64,000 nucleotides of DNA from the NCBI GenBank assembly GCA_965197905.1, contig CBDAOB010000003.1:512001-576000 (forward strand), read 5' to 3'. The notes beneath the pieces are model-generated. The model ran no database searches and had not been told where the DNA came from. It saw nothing but the letters and a program-made list of their open reading frames with translations. This stretch comes from Candidatus Latescibacterota bacterium (GTDB lineage Bacteria; Latescibacterota; UBA2968; UBA8231). Position 1 is the first letter of the stretch. Each line of letters starts with the position of its first letter. The position numbers and the translations under genes are program-made. Below are positions 47,761 to 57,457 of this stretch, piece after piece.

Positions 47761-50043
47761 ATGAGATCCTTTGGTGCCACGCTGCAACAGAAGCTTTTGT
47801 TGCTGAACATGGGCTTCCTGCTGGCGTTCGCTGGCTCGACCTTGGCATTTCAGGTTGCCGGGACGGTGCAAAAACTCGACCCGATCATGCGGTCCGGAGA
47901 GATGATCGGCGTCTCCGGTGCCGAGGTACTTTTCATTAACGAGCGCAACTCCGAAGAGGTCTTCGCCACCACGACTGACATCTATGGCAACTTCGAGCTC
48001 GATCTGGATGCCGAAACCTCGGTTGACTCTCAAGGCAGCTCCAAACCGGCGATCTTCAAGCTCAACCAAAATTTCCCCAATCCGTTCAATCCCGGAACCG
48101 TGATCTCCTACGAATTGCCGAGCGACTCCCCCGTTCAACTGGAGATCTACAACAGTCTTGGGCAACGGGTGCGAACCATGGTTGATGCCTGGCAGGAAGC
48201 CGGATACCACGGATTAATCTGGGAAGGTACCGATGATAACGGCCGCGGATTGGCATCCGGCGTCTATTTCTATCGCTTGCAGGCCGGATCCTTGACCGAA
48301 TCGCGGAAGATGGTGTTGGTGGATGGCGCCGCGAACCGCGCACCGGGCGTTGCGGAGCTCTCGGGCGGCTCCGCCGTCCCCCGAGGTTTGGCCGACGCGG
48401 CCGCGTCTTCCGGGTCAACAACCAAGAGTGCCGTGGACGCACGCTTTGGCGATCTCGCCGAATTCGGCAACCGGAGCGTTGGCCAGCTCCTTTCGCCTGC
48501 TCACAAGCTGCTCGATGAACGCAGCTACAGCGTAATCATCGACGGGTTCAAGTTGGTTCCGTTCGAACAAAGCGGCATCGTCGTCAGCGCCGACACCGCA
48601 CTCGCCTTCACCGTCGATGAAGACCAGCGGGAAGGCATCGTGTTTCTCAAGGAGGGTGAGCGCCAGCTCTTCATCGACAACTACTCCATCCAGGAAATGC
48701 AGGGACTGCAGCAGTCCATGCATCAGCCGGTGAAGAAGGGCGCCGTCATCCGCCCCAATTGGCCCACCGGAGAGACCTCGCTGCAGACCCGTAGCGCTCC
48801 ATTTTGGGACCCCATCGCAGGGGTGTTCAAGATGTGGCTCATCGACAAGATGTGCCGGATCAGCACCGACGGCCTGCATTGGACCCTCTGGGAGCCGGAC
48901 AGCCAGTCCACCGGCGAGGTGATCTTCGATCCGATCGATCCCGACCCGGAACGGCGGTACAAATCGTTCCACCCACGCAACATGTCCTATTCGTCAGATG
49001 GTTTGAATTGGACGCGAACAACAAAGACGCGGACAGTCCGGGTGAACGGCCAAGATCGTACCATAACCTCGGGGGTGACCATCCAAAGCTCGGACGAGTG
49101 GAACTTCTCCCTCGACGTGGACGAACGTCTCTACATCGCAACGGTCAAGCAAGGAGGCCCGTACGGTCGTTCCGTCTATCTGGTGACCAGCCGCAACTAC
49201 GAGGATTGGTCGGAACATGAGTTGATCTTCCATGCCGACGACCGGGACCAGGAGCTCGGCAGGCAGAATATCGAAGAGCGCTTCGCCGACGAGAGCATCC
49301 TTGCACCGCCCTGGAACGACCCAAACGTCTACAACGTCGACGCCTACAACATGGGCCTCTTCCGCTACGAGTCGGTCTACATCGGCACGCCGGCCCTCTA
49401 CCACGCCGTCGGTATGGTGCACAACTATCCCAACACGGTCGGATTTCATCTGGTCCAGCTGATGGTGAGCCGCGACCTGAAAAACTGGGAGCGGGTGGCT
49501 GACCGCAAGCCGTTCATCGGTCCCTCGCGGATCGGTTCCGGCGCCTATGATTTGACCCAGCTCATCGGCCCCTCCAACGCCCTGGTGCGCGGGGACGAGC
49601 TCTGGTTCTATTACACCGGCATCAAGTACCGCGGCTTCAATTACGTGGGTACTTTCCCAACTGGTCAGTACCTGCCGCTGCCGGGACATGAGCTAGACAC
49701 CGGGGCGATCTGCCTGGCGGTGTTGCGCCGCGACGGTTTCGTCTCCGTCGACGCCGGAGATACCGAGGGAGTATTGTTGACCAGGCCGCTGCTTTGGCGT
49801 GGGTCAAGCTTCTGGGTCAATGCCGATGCGGAGGATGGCGAACTGTCGGTGGAAGTGCTGGACGAAAACGGGGATCCGCTGGATAACTGGTCGCGATCTG
49901 TAGTCGTTCCCGTCACCGAAGACGGGGTACGACAGGCGGTCAACTGGAACAGTGCCGGCAATCTAGAAGACCTCAAGGGGCAGCTGGTGCGGTTGCGCTT
50001 TTACCTGCGAGACGCGGAGCTCTACGCGTTCTGGAGCGAGTAA
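47761..50043 (+). CDS. Secreted protein with an internal FlgD-Ig/T9SS-CTD-like domain and a GH32-like propeller
   Basis: Signal peptide; LNQNFPNPFNP...ASGVYFYRL; C-terminal half collinear with 2619..4076. Confidence 0.8.
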   Translation: MRSFGATLQQKLLLLNMGFLLAFAGSTLAFQVAGTVQKLDPIMRSGEMIGVSGAEVLFINERNSEEVFATTTDIYGNFELDLDAETSVDSQGSSKPAIFKLNQNFPNPFNPGTVISYELPSDSPVQLEIYNSLGQRVRTMVDAWQEAGYHGLIWEGTDDNGRGLASGVYFYRLQAGSLTESRKMVLVDGAANRAPGVAELSGGSAVPRGLADAAASSGSTTKSAVDARFGDLAEFGNRSVGQLLSPAHKLLDERSYSVIIDGFKLVPFEQSGIVVSADTALAFTVDEDQREGIVFLKEGERQLFIDNYSIQEMQGLQQSMHQPVKKGAVIRPNWPTGETSLQTRSAPFWDPIAGVFKMWLIDKMCRISTDGLHWTLWEPDSQSTGEVIFDPIDPDPERRYKSFHPRNMSYSSDGLNWTRTTKTRTVRVNGQDRTITSGVTIQSSDEWNFSLDVDERLYIATVKQGGPYGRSVYLVTSRNYEDWSEHELIFHADDRDQELGRQNIEERFADESILAPPWNDPNVYNVDAYNMGLFRYESVYIGTPALYHAVGMVHNYPNTVGFHLVQLMVSRDLKNWERVADRKPFIGPSRIGSGAYDLTQLIGPSNALVRGDELWFYYTGIKYRGFNYVGTFPTGQYLPLPGHELDTGAICLAVLRRDGFVSVDAGDTEGVLLTRPLLWRGSSFWVNADAEDGELSVEVLDENGDPLDNWSRSVVVPVTEDGVRQAVNWNSAGNLEDLKGQLVRLRFYLRDAELYAFWSE

Positions 50044-50201
50044 GAACCAATACCCCATCCCATTCGGCTATCGCCACACGGCAGGCCAATCAATGTATGC
50101 GCCTGCGGTTGACCGCCGGTCACGTCGGAGGAAACCTCGCCAGACCGCAGCGCATCTAAAACTGTAACGCAGCATCCTCGTTCGACCCCATTCACTTGCC
50201 C

Positions 50202-51374
50202 ATGAACTCGAACCTTTCTCGCGCTCTTCCAGCGCTTCTCGCCTTCGCCCTACTCTGCTGCGGCGACGGCAACCGTTCCACCAAATTCTCTGAGGACTCC
50301 AGCGCGACCGAGAATGCGTCCGTTGTCTCCTCCCCAGGTACCCTCGCCGAACCCCAGTTACCCGAAAGCTCGCTGCTGCGGTTCAGAGACACGGCAACCG
50401 GAAGTATCTGGAACCTGCGCGGCGAGGCGCTTAGCGGCGACCTGGCGGGGGCGCAGCTGCAGCAGATGCCTGCCTACAGCGCTTACTGGTTCGCCTGGTC
50501 CTCTTTCTGGCCCAACACCTCGGTGTGGAACGCAGTGGAAACCGACGGCGTTATCGAGCGTGAAATCTTCACCGCCATTCCCCAGCGCGAATATGTGGGT
50601 GACGTCCCCAAGGACGGCATTCCGCCACTAGACGATCCGCCTCGCGACCTCGGGGCAGCACAGTTCGTAGCGGCGGAAGACGCCATCCACGTCAATGACG
50701 AGCACATCGTTATGGGAGTGCACATCGAGGGTGATGCGCGCGCCTATCCCGTACGCATCTTGAATTTCCATGAAATAGTCAATCATACCGTGGGCGGGAC
50801 GAAAATCAGCGTGACCTGCTGTCCGCTTACAGCGTCCGGGATCAATATTTCAGGGGACGGCATCGAGTTCGGCAACACCGGTGGCCTCTACAACAACAAC
50901 ATGGTGATGTACGACCGGGAGACCGAAAGCTTCTGGGCTCAAATGCGGCTGGGTTCGATCCTTGGTCCTCGCGCCGGCGAGCGTTTGAAACATCTGCCGG
51001 TCTATCAGGGCACCTGGAAAGCCTGGCACGAGCTGTATCCGGAAACCCAAGTGCTGTCGACCGACACCGGATACGTGCGCAACTATGCTGGCGATTTTTA
51101 TGTCGACTCGGGCTACACGACCAGCGACGGGTACTGGTTCTGGCAAGCCGACAGCTACGATACCCGTTTCCATCCCAAGGAGATCATTCTCGGTCTGCTG
51201 GGAGAGCGATCCAGTCGAGCCTACCTATCTGCCAAATTGCGGGAAGAACCAGTCGTGAACGATCGCTTCGAAGGAACTGATCTGGTCGTCGTCTACGATG
51301 AAACGGCAAAGGCGGCACTGGCCTTCGAACGCGAGTTGAACGGACGCACCTTGACCTTCGAACCTGTGGATTGA
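50202..51374 (+). CDS. DUF3179-family lipoprotein, permuted
   Basis: LLCC lipobox; KDGIPPLD, RAYP...HEIVN, CPL and VMYDRETES. Confidence 0.85.
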   Translation: MNSNLSRALPALLAFALLCCGDGNRSTKFSEDSSATENASVVSSPGTLAEPQLPESSLLRFRDTATGSIWNLRGEALSGDLAGAQLQQMPAYSAYWFAWSSFWPNTSVWNAVETDGVIEREIFTAIPQREYVGDVPKDGIPPLDDPPRDLGAAQFVAAEDAIHVNDEHIVMGVHIEGDARAYPVRILNFHEIVNHTVGGTKISVTCCPLTASGINISGDGIEFGNTGGLYNNNMVMYDRETESFWAQMRLGSILGPRAGERLKHLPVYQGTWKAWHELYPETQVLSTDTGYVRNYAGDFYVDSGYTTSDGYWFWQADSYDTRFHPKEIILGLLGERSSRAYLSAKLREEPVVNDRFEGTDLVVVYDETAKAALAFERELNGRTLTFEPVD

Positions 51375-51410
51375 GCCGGCGCTCACTGCATGGAGCCGAG
51401 GGGCGAGCAG

Positions 51411-53333
51411 CTAGACCGTCGCCACTTTTTCAGCAATAGATACGGCCAGCTCTCTGCGCCGAGCCGACACCCGGTCGATTTGTACGCGGACCCGGTCCCC
51501 CGTGTCGACGTTGCGCTCCCTACGCGTCGGCACAAACGTCCGCAGCCGGTCGCCCAGAAGACCGACGATCACACCGCCGGCCAGACGCTCAATGACAACA
51601 CCTTCGGCCACGCTATCAATGGCTTCCAGGTACTTCAGCAGCCAATAGCGGCGGGACGTCCGCTCCACATCTCGCTTCACCTCGCGTGCATAGGCCGTCG
51701 TTTCCAACACGCGACTCAGATCCGCCTCCCCCTTGACGGAGGTGCCCTTGCATATCCACTGCAGTAGCTGACGCTGCATGACAAAATCGACCGCCGAGCC
51801 AAACGGATCGGAAATAGGTGTGCCGATCTCCCTCCCTGAATCATCCCTTCCCAGGTTTTCGTTGATTGCCGGAATCCCGTTCTCGGCGCAGAACCTGCCC
51901 GCCATTGAATCTGCCAGGAGGTTCAACTCCTCGTAGATGGTTCGTGCGGGCTCTTCCGAGGTTAGATCCAGGAGGGTGGGCTCGCCACCCACCACAAGTA
52001 CATCCGAGAGTGTTGGCGTCGCCCCAGAGCTACCGTTTTCGCCTTCTGCCAACCTGTGGTCTTGGAGGTGCTTGGCGTATCGCAAGAGTCCTCGAAGCAC
52101 GGCGTCGTGATCTGCGGCTTGGCTGGCGCTTGTGAAATCCAGCAGTTTGTCGGCACGCATTCGGCGTATCCGAATCGTACTGCGCCGGAGTTTAAAGTGC
52201 CGGTCCAAGAGGAGCTCGATGGAAAGAGCGGTCGTCTTCCTTCGATCCGACCATTCCGCGGCTTCGATGACCTGCGGTGGAACCAGGGGAATCGTCTGTT
52301 CGGGAAGGTTCAAGGTAGTTCCTCTTGCCATGATCTCGGCCTCGACGAGGCCCCCGTCTTGAACCAGCGCGCCAGGCAGCGCCAGATGAATGCCGACACG
52401 GTAACCACCAAGAAGCTTCCTACGGAAACTGAATGCCCGATCCTTTACTCCAGACCTAGGCGAAATCGCCAATACCTTGCCGATCCACCAGGGTCGAGCT
52501 CTCGGTAGCGGCCCCCGACAGCTTGCTTCGGCTTCTGCCAGTACAGCGGTTGGAAACTCGATCGGCACGTCATTTCGCAAGAGCTCCAGGTTTTCGTCGG
52601 GCTTCCAATGACCGAGCTCGACCAATAGGTCGAAAGCCGCCCACCGGCCATGGAGATGAGCCGCCTTCATCAGCTGGCTGATCTCGCCCCGGCGTTCGCT
52701 ATCGGCCCCGTGCAACACGAACTCCTGAAGCAAACCGATAGCTTCTCCGGCACCGGGTGGTTCGCTCACGACTTCACCGTCCGCCACGGCGCGCAGCCAG
52801 TCCGCAATGACCTGCTGCTCCAGCTGACGTCTGGCGGCGCGGCCGGTCCGTTCGCGACCACGCACCACGGAGTCGCGCGTGCGGGGGGCGTACGACCTGC
52901 CGTGGCGGACGAACCAGATGCCGTCGTCGAGGGCACGGGCAAGCACGGCCATGTCGTCGTGACCCTCTTCACCGAAGTAGAGCTCGGTAAGATCCTTCAG
53001 CTCGAATTCGTGGGTTGCGCTTTCGATGGCGAGTTCCCACAAAATTTCGAGTTCCACCAAGTCCTTCGCCCGCTCGCGGCGGGCATGGATCTCGGTCAAC
53101 TGTTCGATCAGTAAATGTCGTTGTTTGCCGTTGATCCTCTCCGTGCCAAAACTCACGATCTTGGAGCGGCGCAAAGAGTACTCGCGTCCGGTGTGGTCCA
53201 GGATCGTAAGGCCCTTGCGGCCAGCCGGGTTGGGGCGGACGACACCGCAGATATGGCGACCACCTCGGAGAAACTCGACGATCCTCCCTACGTCCGCGTT
53301 GCGATCCGGCTTTTCGCGACGCTGTCCGGTCAA
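51411..53333 (-). CDS. Degenerate RNB/RNase II-like protein with C-terminal S1 domain
   Basis: VGIHLA, RGTTLNLP and ERTSRRYWLLKYL are present; the catalytic Asp cluster and TSPIRRY are absent. Confidence 0.7.
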   Translation of the reverse strand: MTGQRREKPDRNADVGRIVEFLRGGRHICGVVRPNPAGRKGLTILDHTGREYSLRRSKIVSFGTERINGKQRHLLIEQLTEIHARRERAKDLVELEILWELAIESATHEFELKDLTELYFGEEGHDDMAVLARALDDGIWFVRHGRSYAPRTRDSVVRGRERTGRAARRQLEQQVIADWLRAVADGEVVSEPPGAGEAIGLLQEFVLHGADSERRGEISQLMKAAHLHGRWAAFDLLVELGHWKPDENLELLRNDVPIEFPTAVLAEAEASCRGPLPRARPWWIGKVLAISPRSGVKDRAFSFRRKLLGGYRVGIHLALPGALVQDGGLVEAEIMARGTTLNLPEQTIPLVPPQVIEAAEWSDRRKTTALSIELLLDRHFKLRRSTIRIRRMRADKLLDFTSASQAADHDAVLRGLLRYAKHLQDHRLAEGENGSSGATPTLSDVLVVGGEPTLLDLTSEEPARTIYEELNLLADSMAGRFCAENGIPAINENLGRDDSGREIGTPISDPFGSAVDFVMQRQLLQWICKGTSVKGEADLSRVLETTAYAREVKRDVERTSRRYWLLKYLEAIDSVAEGVVIERLAGGVIVGLLGDRLRTFVPTRRERNVDTGDRVRVQIDRVSARRRELAVSIAEKVATV

Positions 53334-53565
53334 CGCCTCGGCGATCCCCTGCCTGAGCTCTATATCCCCTTTATCTTAGAACGTCAGCGTACCAGGTTTT
53401 CATAAGCTAAAGGTCCTTATCCCAACCCTATCCGGGAGGTTGAATAGTGTCAAGAAAAATGCGGAGCGTTGCCCAACACTGAACCCAGATGTCTTTTCAT
53501 GATATGATCCAGGAATATCGTTAGATTCGGCACTACCGAGTACCTTCTTTAGCAGGAGCGATCAA

Positions 53566-54309
53566 ATGTTGGAGCTGAGACTTCGAGAACAGACGTTTGG
53601 CCAGGACGAATCCGGACACAACGAATGGAAGGTGAGGGAATGGTCTGAAATGATTCCCGCCGCCGGCGCGGCGCTGCTTCTTTGTGACGTGTGGGACGCC
53701 CACTGGTGCCGGGGCGCGGTTGAACGGTTGGAAGCCATGATTCCGCGCATGAACGAAACCGTTGCGGCCGCTAGAAAGTCGGGAGTCTTGATCGTTCACG
53801 CACCCTCCGGCACGATGGGCCAGTACGAAGGGACCAAGGCAAGACAACGAGTCAGGGAAGTGCCATCGGCGCTACCTCAAGAGCTTGAACGCGACGATCC
53901 TCCAATGCCGGTTGACGCCTCCGACCATGGCTCCGATACCGGCGAGATAAAATCCGGCCAGCCGTATTCAAGACAGCACTACGGAATCGAGATCGATCAA
54001 ACCTCCGATTTGATTTCCGATGACGGCAGAGAGGTCTACAACGCCCTCGTCCACGGTAAGCGAGATAGAATGCTGATCCTGGGGGTCCATACCAACATGT
54101 GTGTGGTGGGCCGGAGTTTCGGCATCAAACAGATGGTGTGCTGGGGCATCAAACCCGTGTTGATTCGCGATCTTACGGATGCCATGTACAACCCGGCCAT
54201 GCCGCCCTACGTTAGCCACGAGGAGGGCACCCAACTGACCATCGGATATATCGAGAAGTTCTGGTGCCCGTCGGTGTTGAGCGAGGATATCATCAGTAGT
54301 AGCAAGTAG
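53566..54309 (+). CDS. Isochorismatase-family cysteine hydrolase
   Basis: CDVWDAHWC, HAPS, GVHTNMCV and RDLTDAMY; AGGAG SD. Confidence 0.85.
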   Translation: MLELRLREQTFGQDESGHNEWKVREWSEMIPAAGAALLLCDVWDAHWCRGAVERLEAMIPRMNETVAAARKSGVLIVHAPSGTMGQYEGTKARQRVREVPSALPQELERDDPPMPVDASDHGSDTGEIKSGQPYSRQHYGIEIDQTSDLISDDGREVYNALVHGKRDRMLILGVHTNMCVVGRSFGIKQMVCWGIKPVLIRDLTDAMYNPAMPPYVSHEEGTQLTIGYIEKFWCPSVLSEDIISSSK

Positions 54310-54533
54310 TTATGAATTTAGGTGCGCTGGGCGTACCACACTGGTACCACATTGCTTGCAGTATCTGCACTTTGAAGGGGCACTGAAAAAATCTGGTCGC
54401 CCGCTTTTTTGGTAGATATTCAGCAGCATCCGGCATCAGGAAGGTACCCCGCCGGATGACAGCTGGATAACAAAGAAACCCTCATTGAGGGAAACGCATC
54501 TGACCATGCACGGATTAATTCAGGAGACTTCCT

Positions 54534-54998
54534 ATGAAATCCGCTGGTGAAATTGGATGGATCAAAGTCATCAAGAAACTGGAGATTTTCCACCAGCTCG
54601 GCGAGGAAGAATGCGTTCACATACTTGGGCTATGTAAGCGTAGAGCGTTTGATGCAGGTGAGATCATATGGAAGCCGGGAGATCCTGGTGTGGATATGCT
54701 CGTGCTGATCACAGGCAGACTTCATGTAACCAACGCGAAAGGAAAACTGATTGGCCAGGTCTTACCGGGGGCTTCCTTCGGCGAGATGGCCTGTTTGTCG
54801 GGAGAGAGAAGGTTCGTCGGTTTTGAGGCCGTCGAGCCGTCAATCGCGTTGTCGTTGTCCCGCCGCGATCTGCTCGCGTGTGCTCTCCCTGGGCTCTACT
54901 CTCAGATATTGGAGACGACGATCGGGCTGCTCGGACAACGTATCAGCCGTACAAGCACCGGAGTAGATACTGCAGATGGGGAACCCGGCCTCTGGTAA
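54534..54998 (+). CDS. Stand-alone cyclic-nucleotide-binding domain protein
   Basis: GEII..PGDPG and GASFGEMA; AGGAG SD. Confidence 0.75.
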   Translation: MKSAGEIGWIKVIKKLEIFHQLGEEECVHILGLCKRRAFDAGEIIWKPGDPGVDMLVLITGRLHVTNAKGKLIGQVLPGASFGEMACLSGERRFVGFEAVEPSIALSLSRRDLLACALPGLYSQILETTIGLLGQRISRTSTGVDTADGEPGLW

Positions 54999-55147
54999 GG
55001 TCACGTGTCCTGCGCGTGAGGACACTCCCTCCGATAATTCTTTGTAGGAGTAAGGCCGCAGAATAGATAGAGGTTCAGAGAATAGCCCACAGTCCCTTGT
55101 CGGTTTGCGGAAACTCGACCTGGCGCCGCCCCGCTACGCTCAGGGTC

Positions 55148-55722
55148 CTACCCCTCGACACGGAACAGACCCACCACATGTCGCCCGAGGCCGGGGCGAA
55201 CCAACCGCAACCGGGTCCACACATGTCGCCACAGGAGACGGCGCAAGGGTGCCACCTCCACGACCCAAAAACGGTTTAACGTCGAGCGCGTAACCGCATC
55301 TAGGAGCCAGCTGCCACCGTAGACGTGATCGACGTGGACACATTCCAGATCGTTGTAGGCGACCTGCTCTCTGAGTAAGGCCTCATCGTAGTGGCGGTAG
55401 TGCTTGGCATGTATGGGCGCCACCGTACTCGGCACCGAGAGCAATAGATGTCCGCCAGGCGCCACTCGCTTCCGCAGCGAGGCCACGAAGGCGTTGACGC
55501 CATCATCCGGGATGTGTTCGAGGACCTCCACCGCTGAAACAAACTCAAAGCGCTCGCCATCAAGGTCCGCCAGGTCGGCGCAGAAATGTGCCTGCGGATT
55601 GAAAGCACGAGCGTAGTCGAGTGCCCGGGGCGAGAAGTCGACGCCGTTCCGTTTTCGACGTGCGGTAGGTAGTGGTAGGGAAATTCGTACTCCTCTTCCT
55701 GTATCTGCGCTCTATCTGTCAT
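55148..55722 (-). pseudogene. Class I SAM methyltransferase with internal deletion and frameshift
   Basis: MTDRAQIQEEEYEFPYHYLP joins out of frame at ~55646 to GVDFSPRAL...EVLEHIPD...LLLSVP; motif I is missing. Confidence 0.75.
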
Positions 55723-55924
55723 GCTCCGCCTATCGCTTCCCACATGTGTTTGGCCAGTCCGGCGCAGCGCACCCACGTGAACAGAACAGCATGTACGCCG
55801 CCGAGGTGCCCAAGGCTGGCCAGGACCGTCGGGCGGCCGTTTGCCAACTACACGCTAACCTGCGCCGTGTTTGGGGAGGGGCGGACGCGAAGATATCGTT
55901 CATTGTCCGATCTGCGTGCTTTGC

Positions 55925-56416
55925 TCAACGCGTGCGCTCATAGGTCTTTTGAATGACCAGCGCGTCCAGGCTCGCCCGATGCCTCTTGATATCCATCTCG
56001 GCAACGATCTGGTCTTTGGTTTGATGCCACTCTTCCATCTGTTCCTCGGACAGGATAAAATCGAGGGCACTGAAGTGAAACCGGCAGGCTACACCCGCCG
56101 CCTCAAAGAGCTGGCTAAGCCACGGACTGTCTACCTCCCAACCGTCGCTGAAGACCGTCTCAACGTCGACGAATTTATTCAGATCATTGGCGACTTCCTC
56201 GATCGGTCGTCCGTGTGTTTCGAGGATATCGCGGGGAATGCGGTGCACGCGCTCGGCCCCTTCATCCCAAAAGGTCCAGTCATCTTTGGGCAGAACCAGA
56301 TAGCAGAGAGTGTCACCCGACTCCAGGGCAACACCGATCTCGATCGGATAGCTTCTCGGGCCGAATCCCGAGGCCTCCACGTCGATTATCGTGGGCGTTG
56401 AAATAGGGCCGAACAT
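55925..56416 (-). CDS. DEDDh 3'-5' exonuclease-like protein
   Basis: IIDVEASG, YPIEIG and HRASLDA; AAGGAG SD. Confidence 0.8.
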   Translation of the reverse strand: MFGPISTPTIIDVEASGFGPRSYPIEIGVALESGDTLCYLVLPKDDWTFWDEGAERVHRIPRDILETHGRPIEEVANDLNKFVDVETVFSDGWEVDSPWLSQLFEAAGVACRFHFSALDFILSEEQMEEWHQTKDQIVAEMDIKRHRASLDALVIQKTYERTR

Positions 56417-57457
56417 GGCCAACACTCCTTTGGCGGCGTTGTCAACTTATCCATCTGCAGACACATCGATTCGCGCCCAACGTGCGCTCTTGATGATATT
56501 GTCACCCGCGTAGAAGACAACGAAAACGGTGCCGTCCGCTAACAACTGACCCCGCGGATGACCGAAGCGCCAGGTCTTCATGTCATCGAATTTTTCCTTG
56601 GTGCTGCGGCCTTTCCTGGCTCCGGGCTCGGTGCCGGCACCACTCTCGTAGACGATGAGGTCCTGGTTCCGGTCTCACGTCCTACCGAAGTCCTCGCTGA
56701 TAGAAGCGTGAATGCCGGCGGGATCGTCATCCCGGTTTGGGTGCACCGCCAGCAATCGCTCCCCACCGAGAGCGACCGGCTGGCAGTGTTGGCCGTGCAA
56801 GCCCGTCTCGACCGGGATTGTCCATGAGCGCGCGTCCGGTGTTCCCCAGCTGATATGAATGTCGATGTCACGACCGCTGGCCGGCTCATGGGTCCAGAAC
56901 ATGGCCACCCATTGGCCCGTATCGGGGTGTTGTGCAAGTCTCAGATCCCAGTAGAACAGCTCGTTGTTCGGATGCTGGGCGACCGGCACGTACTCGGGCC
57001 AAGTCGCCCCGTTATCCTTCGACAGGCGAAACCAGCATCCCGGCACTCCTGGCGACGTATCATCGTACTCCTTCCACTTCTCGTACGGCTGGCCCAGTTC
57101 GCCGCCGGGCAGCAGATAGGAAGGTTGCGTCGCACAAGAGGCGGCCAGATGGGGCGCCGTCTCCATCTCGCGCCACTCATCCCAGGTGCGCCCGCCATCC
57201 GTCGACGTGGTGTGGAGGATCCGCATCGGTAGAAATCCCTGTGTCTTCGGGTTGGCCATGGGCAGCTCCGGACGCGAGCGGTCGATCCACAATCCGGTGG
57301 CGGTGAGGACACCCGGCTCGTGTTCGACCGGCGTCAGGCAGAGAAGCTCTCCTGGAGTATCGCCCCACGCGCCTTGGTTGCGGCTATTGGATCGCATCTC
57401 CCAGGTTTCGCCCAGGTCGGTGCTCACGAACAGGCCGTGATGGCCCCCGAGGGTATC

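Noticed and set aside
56675..56677. TGA as selenocysteine or a recoded Trp
   Set aside because: The position is an Asp-box Trp, not Cys; many genes here end in TGA; the gene is already disrupted.
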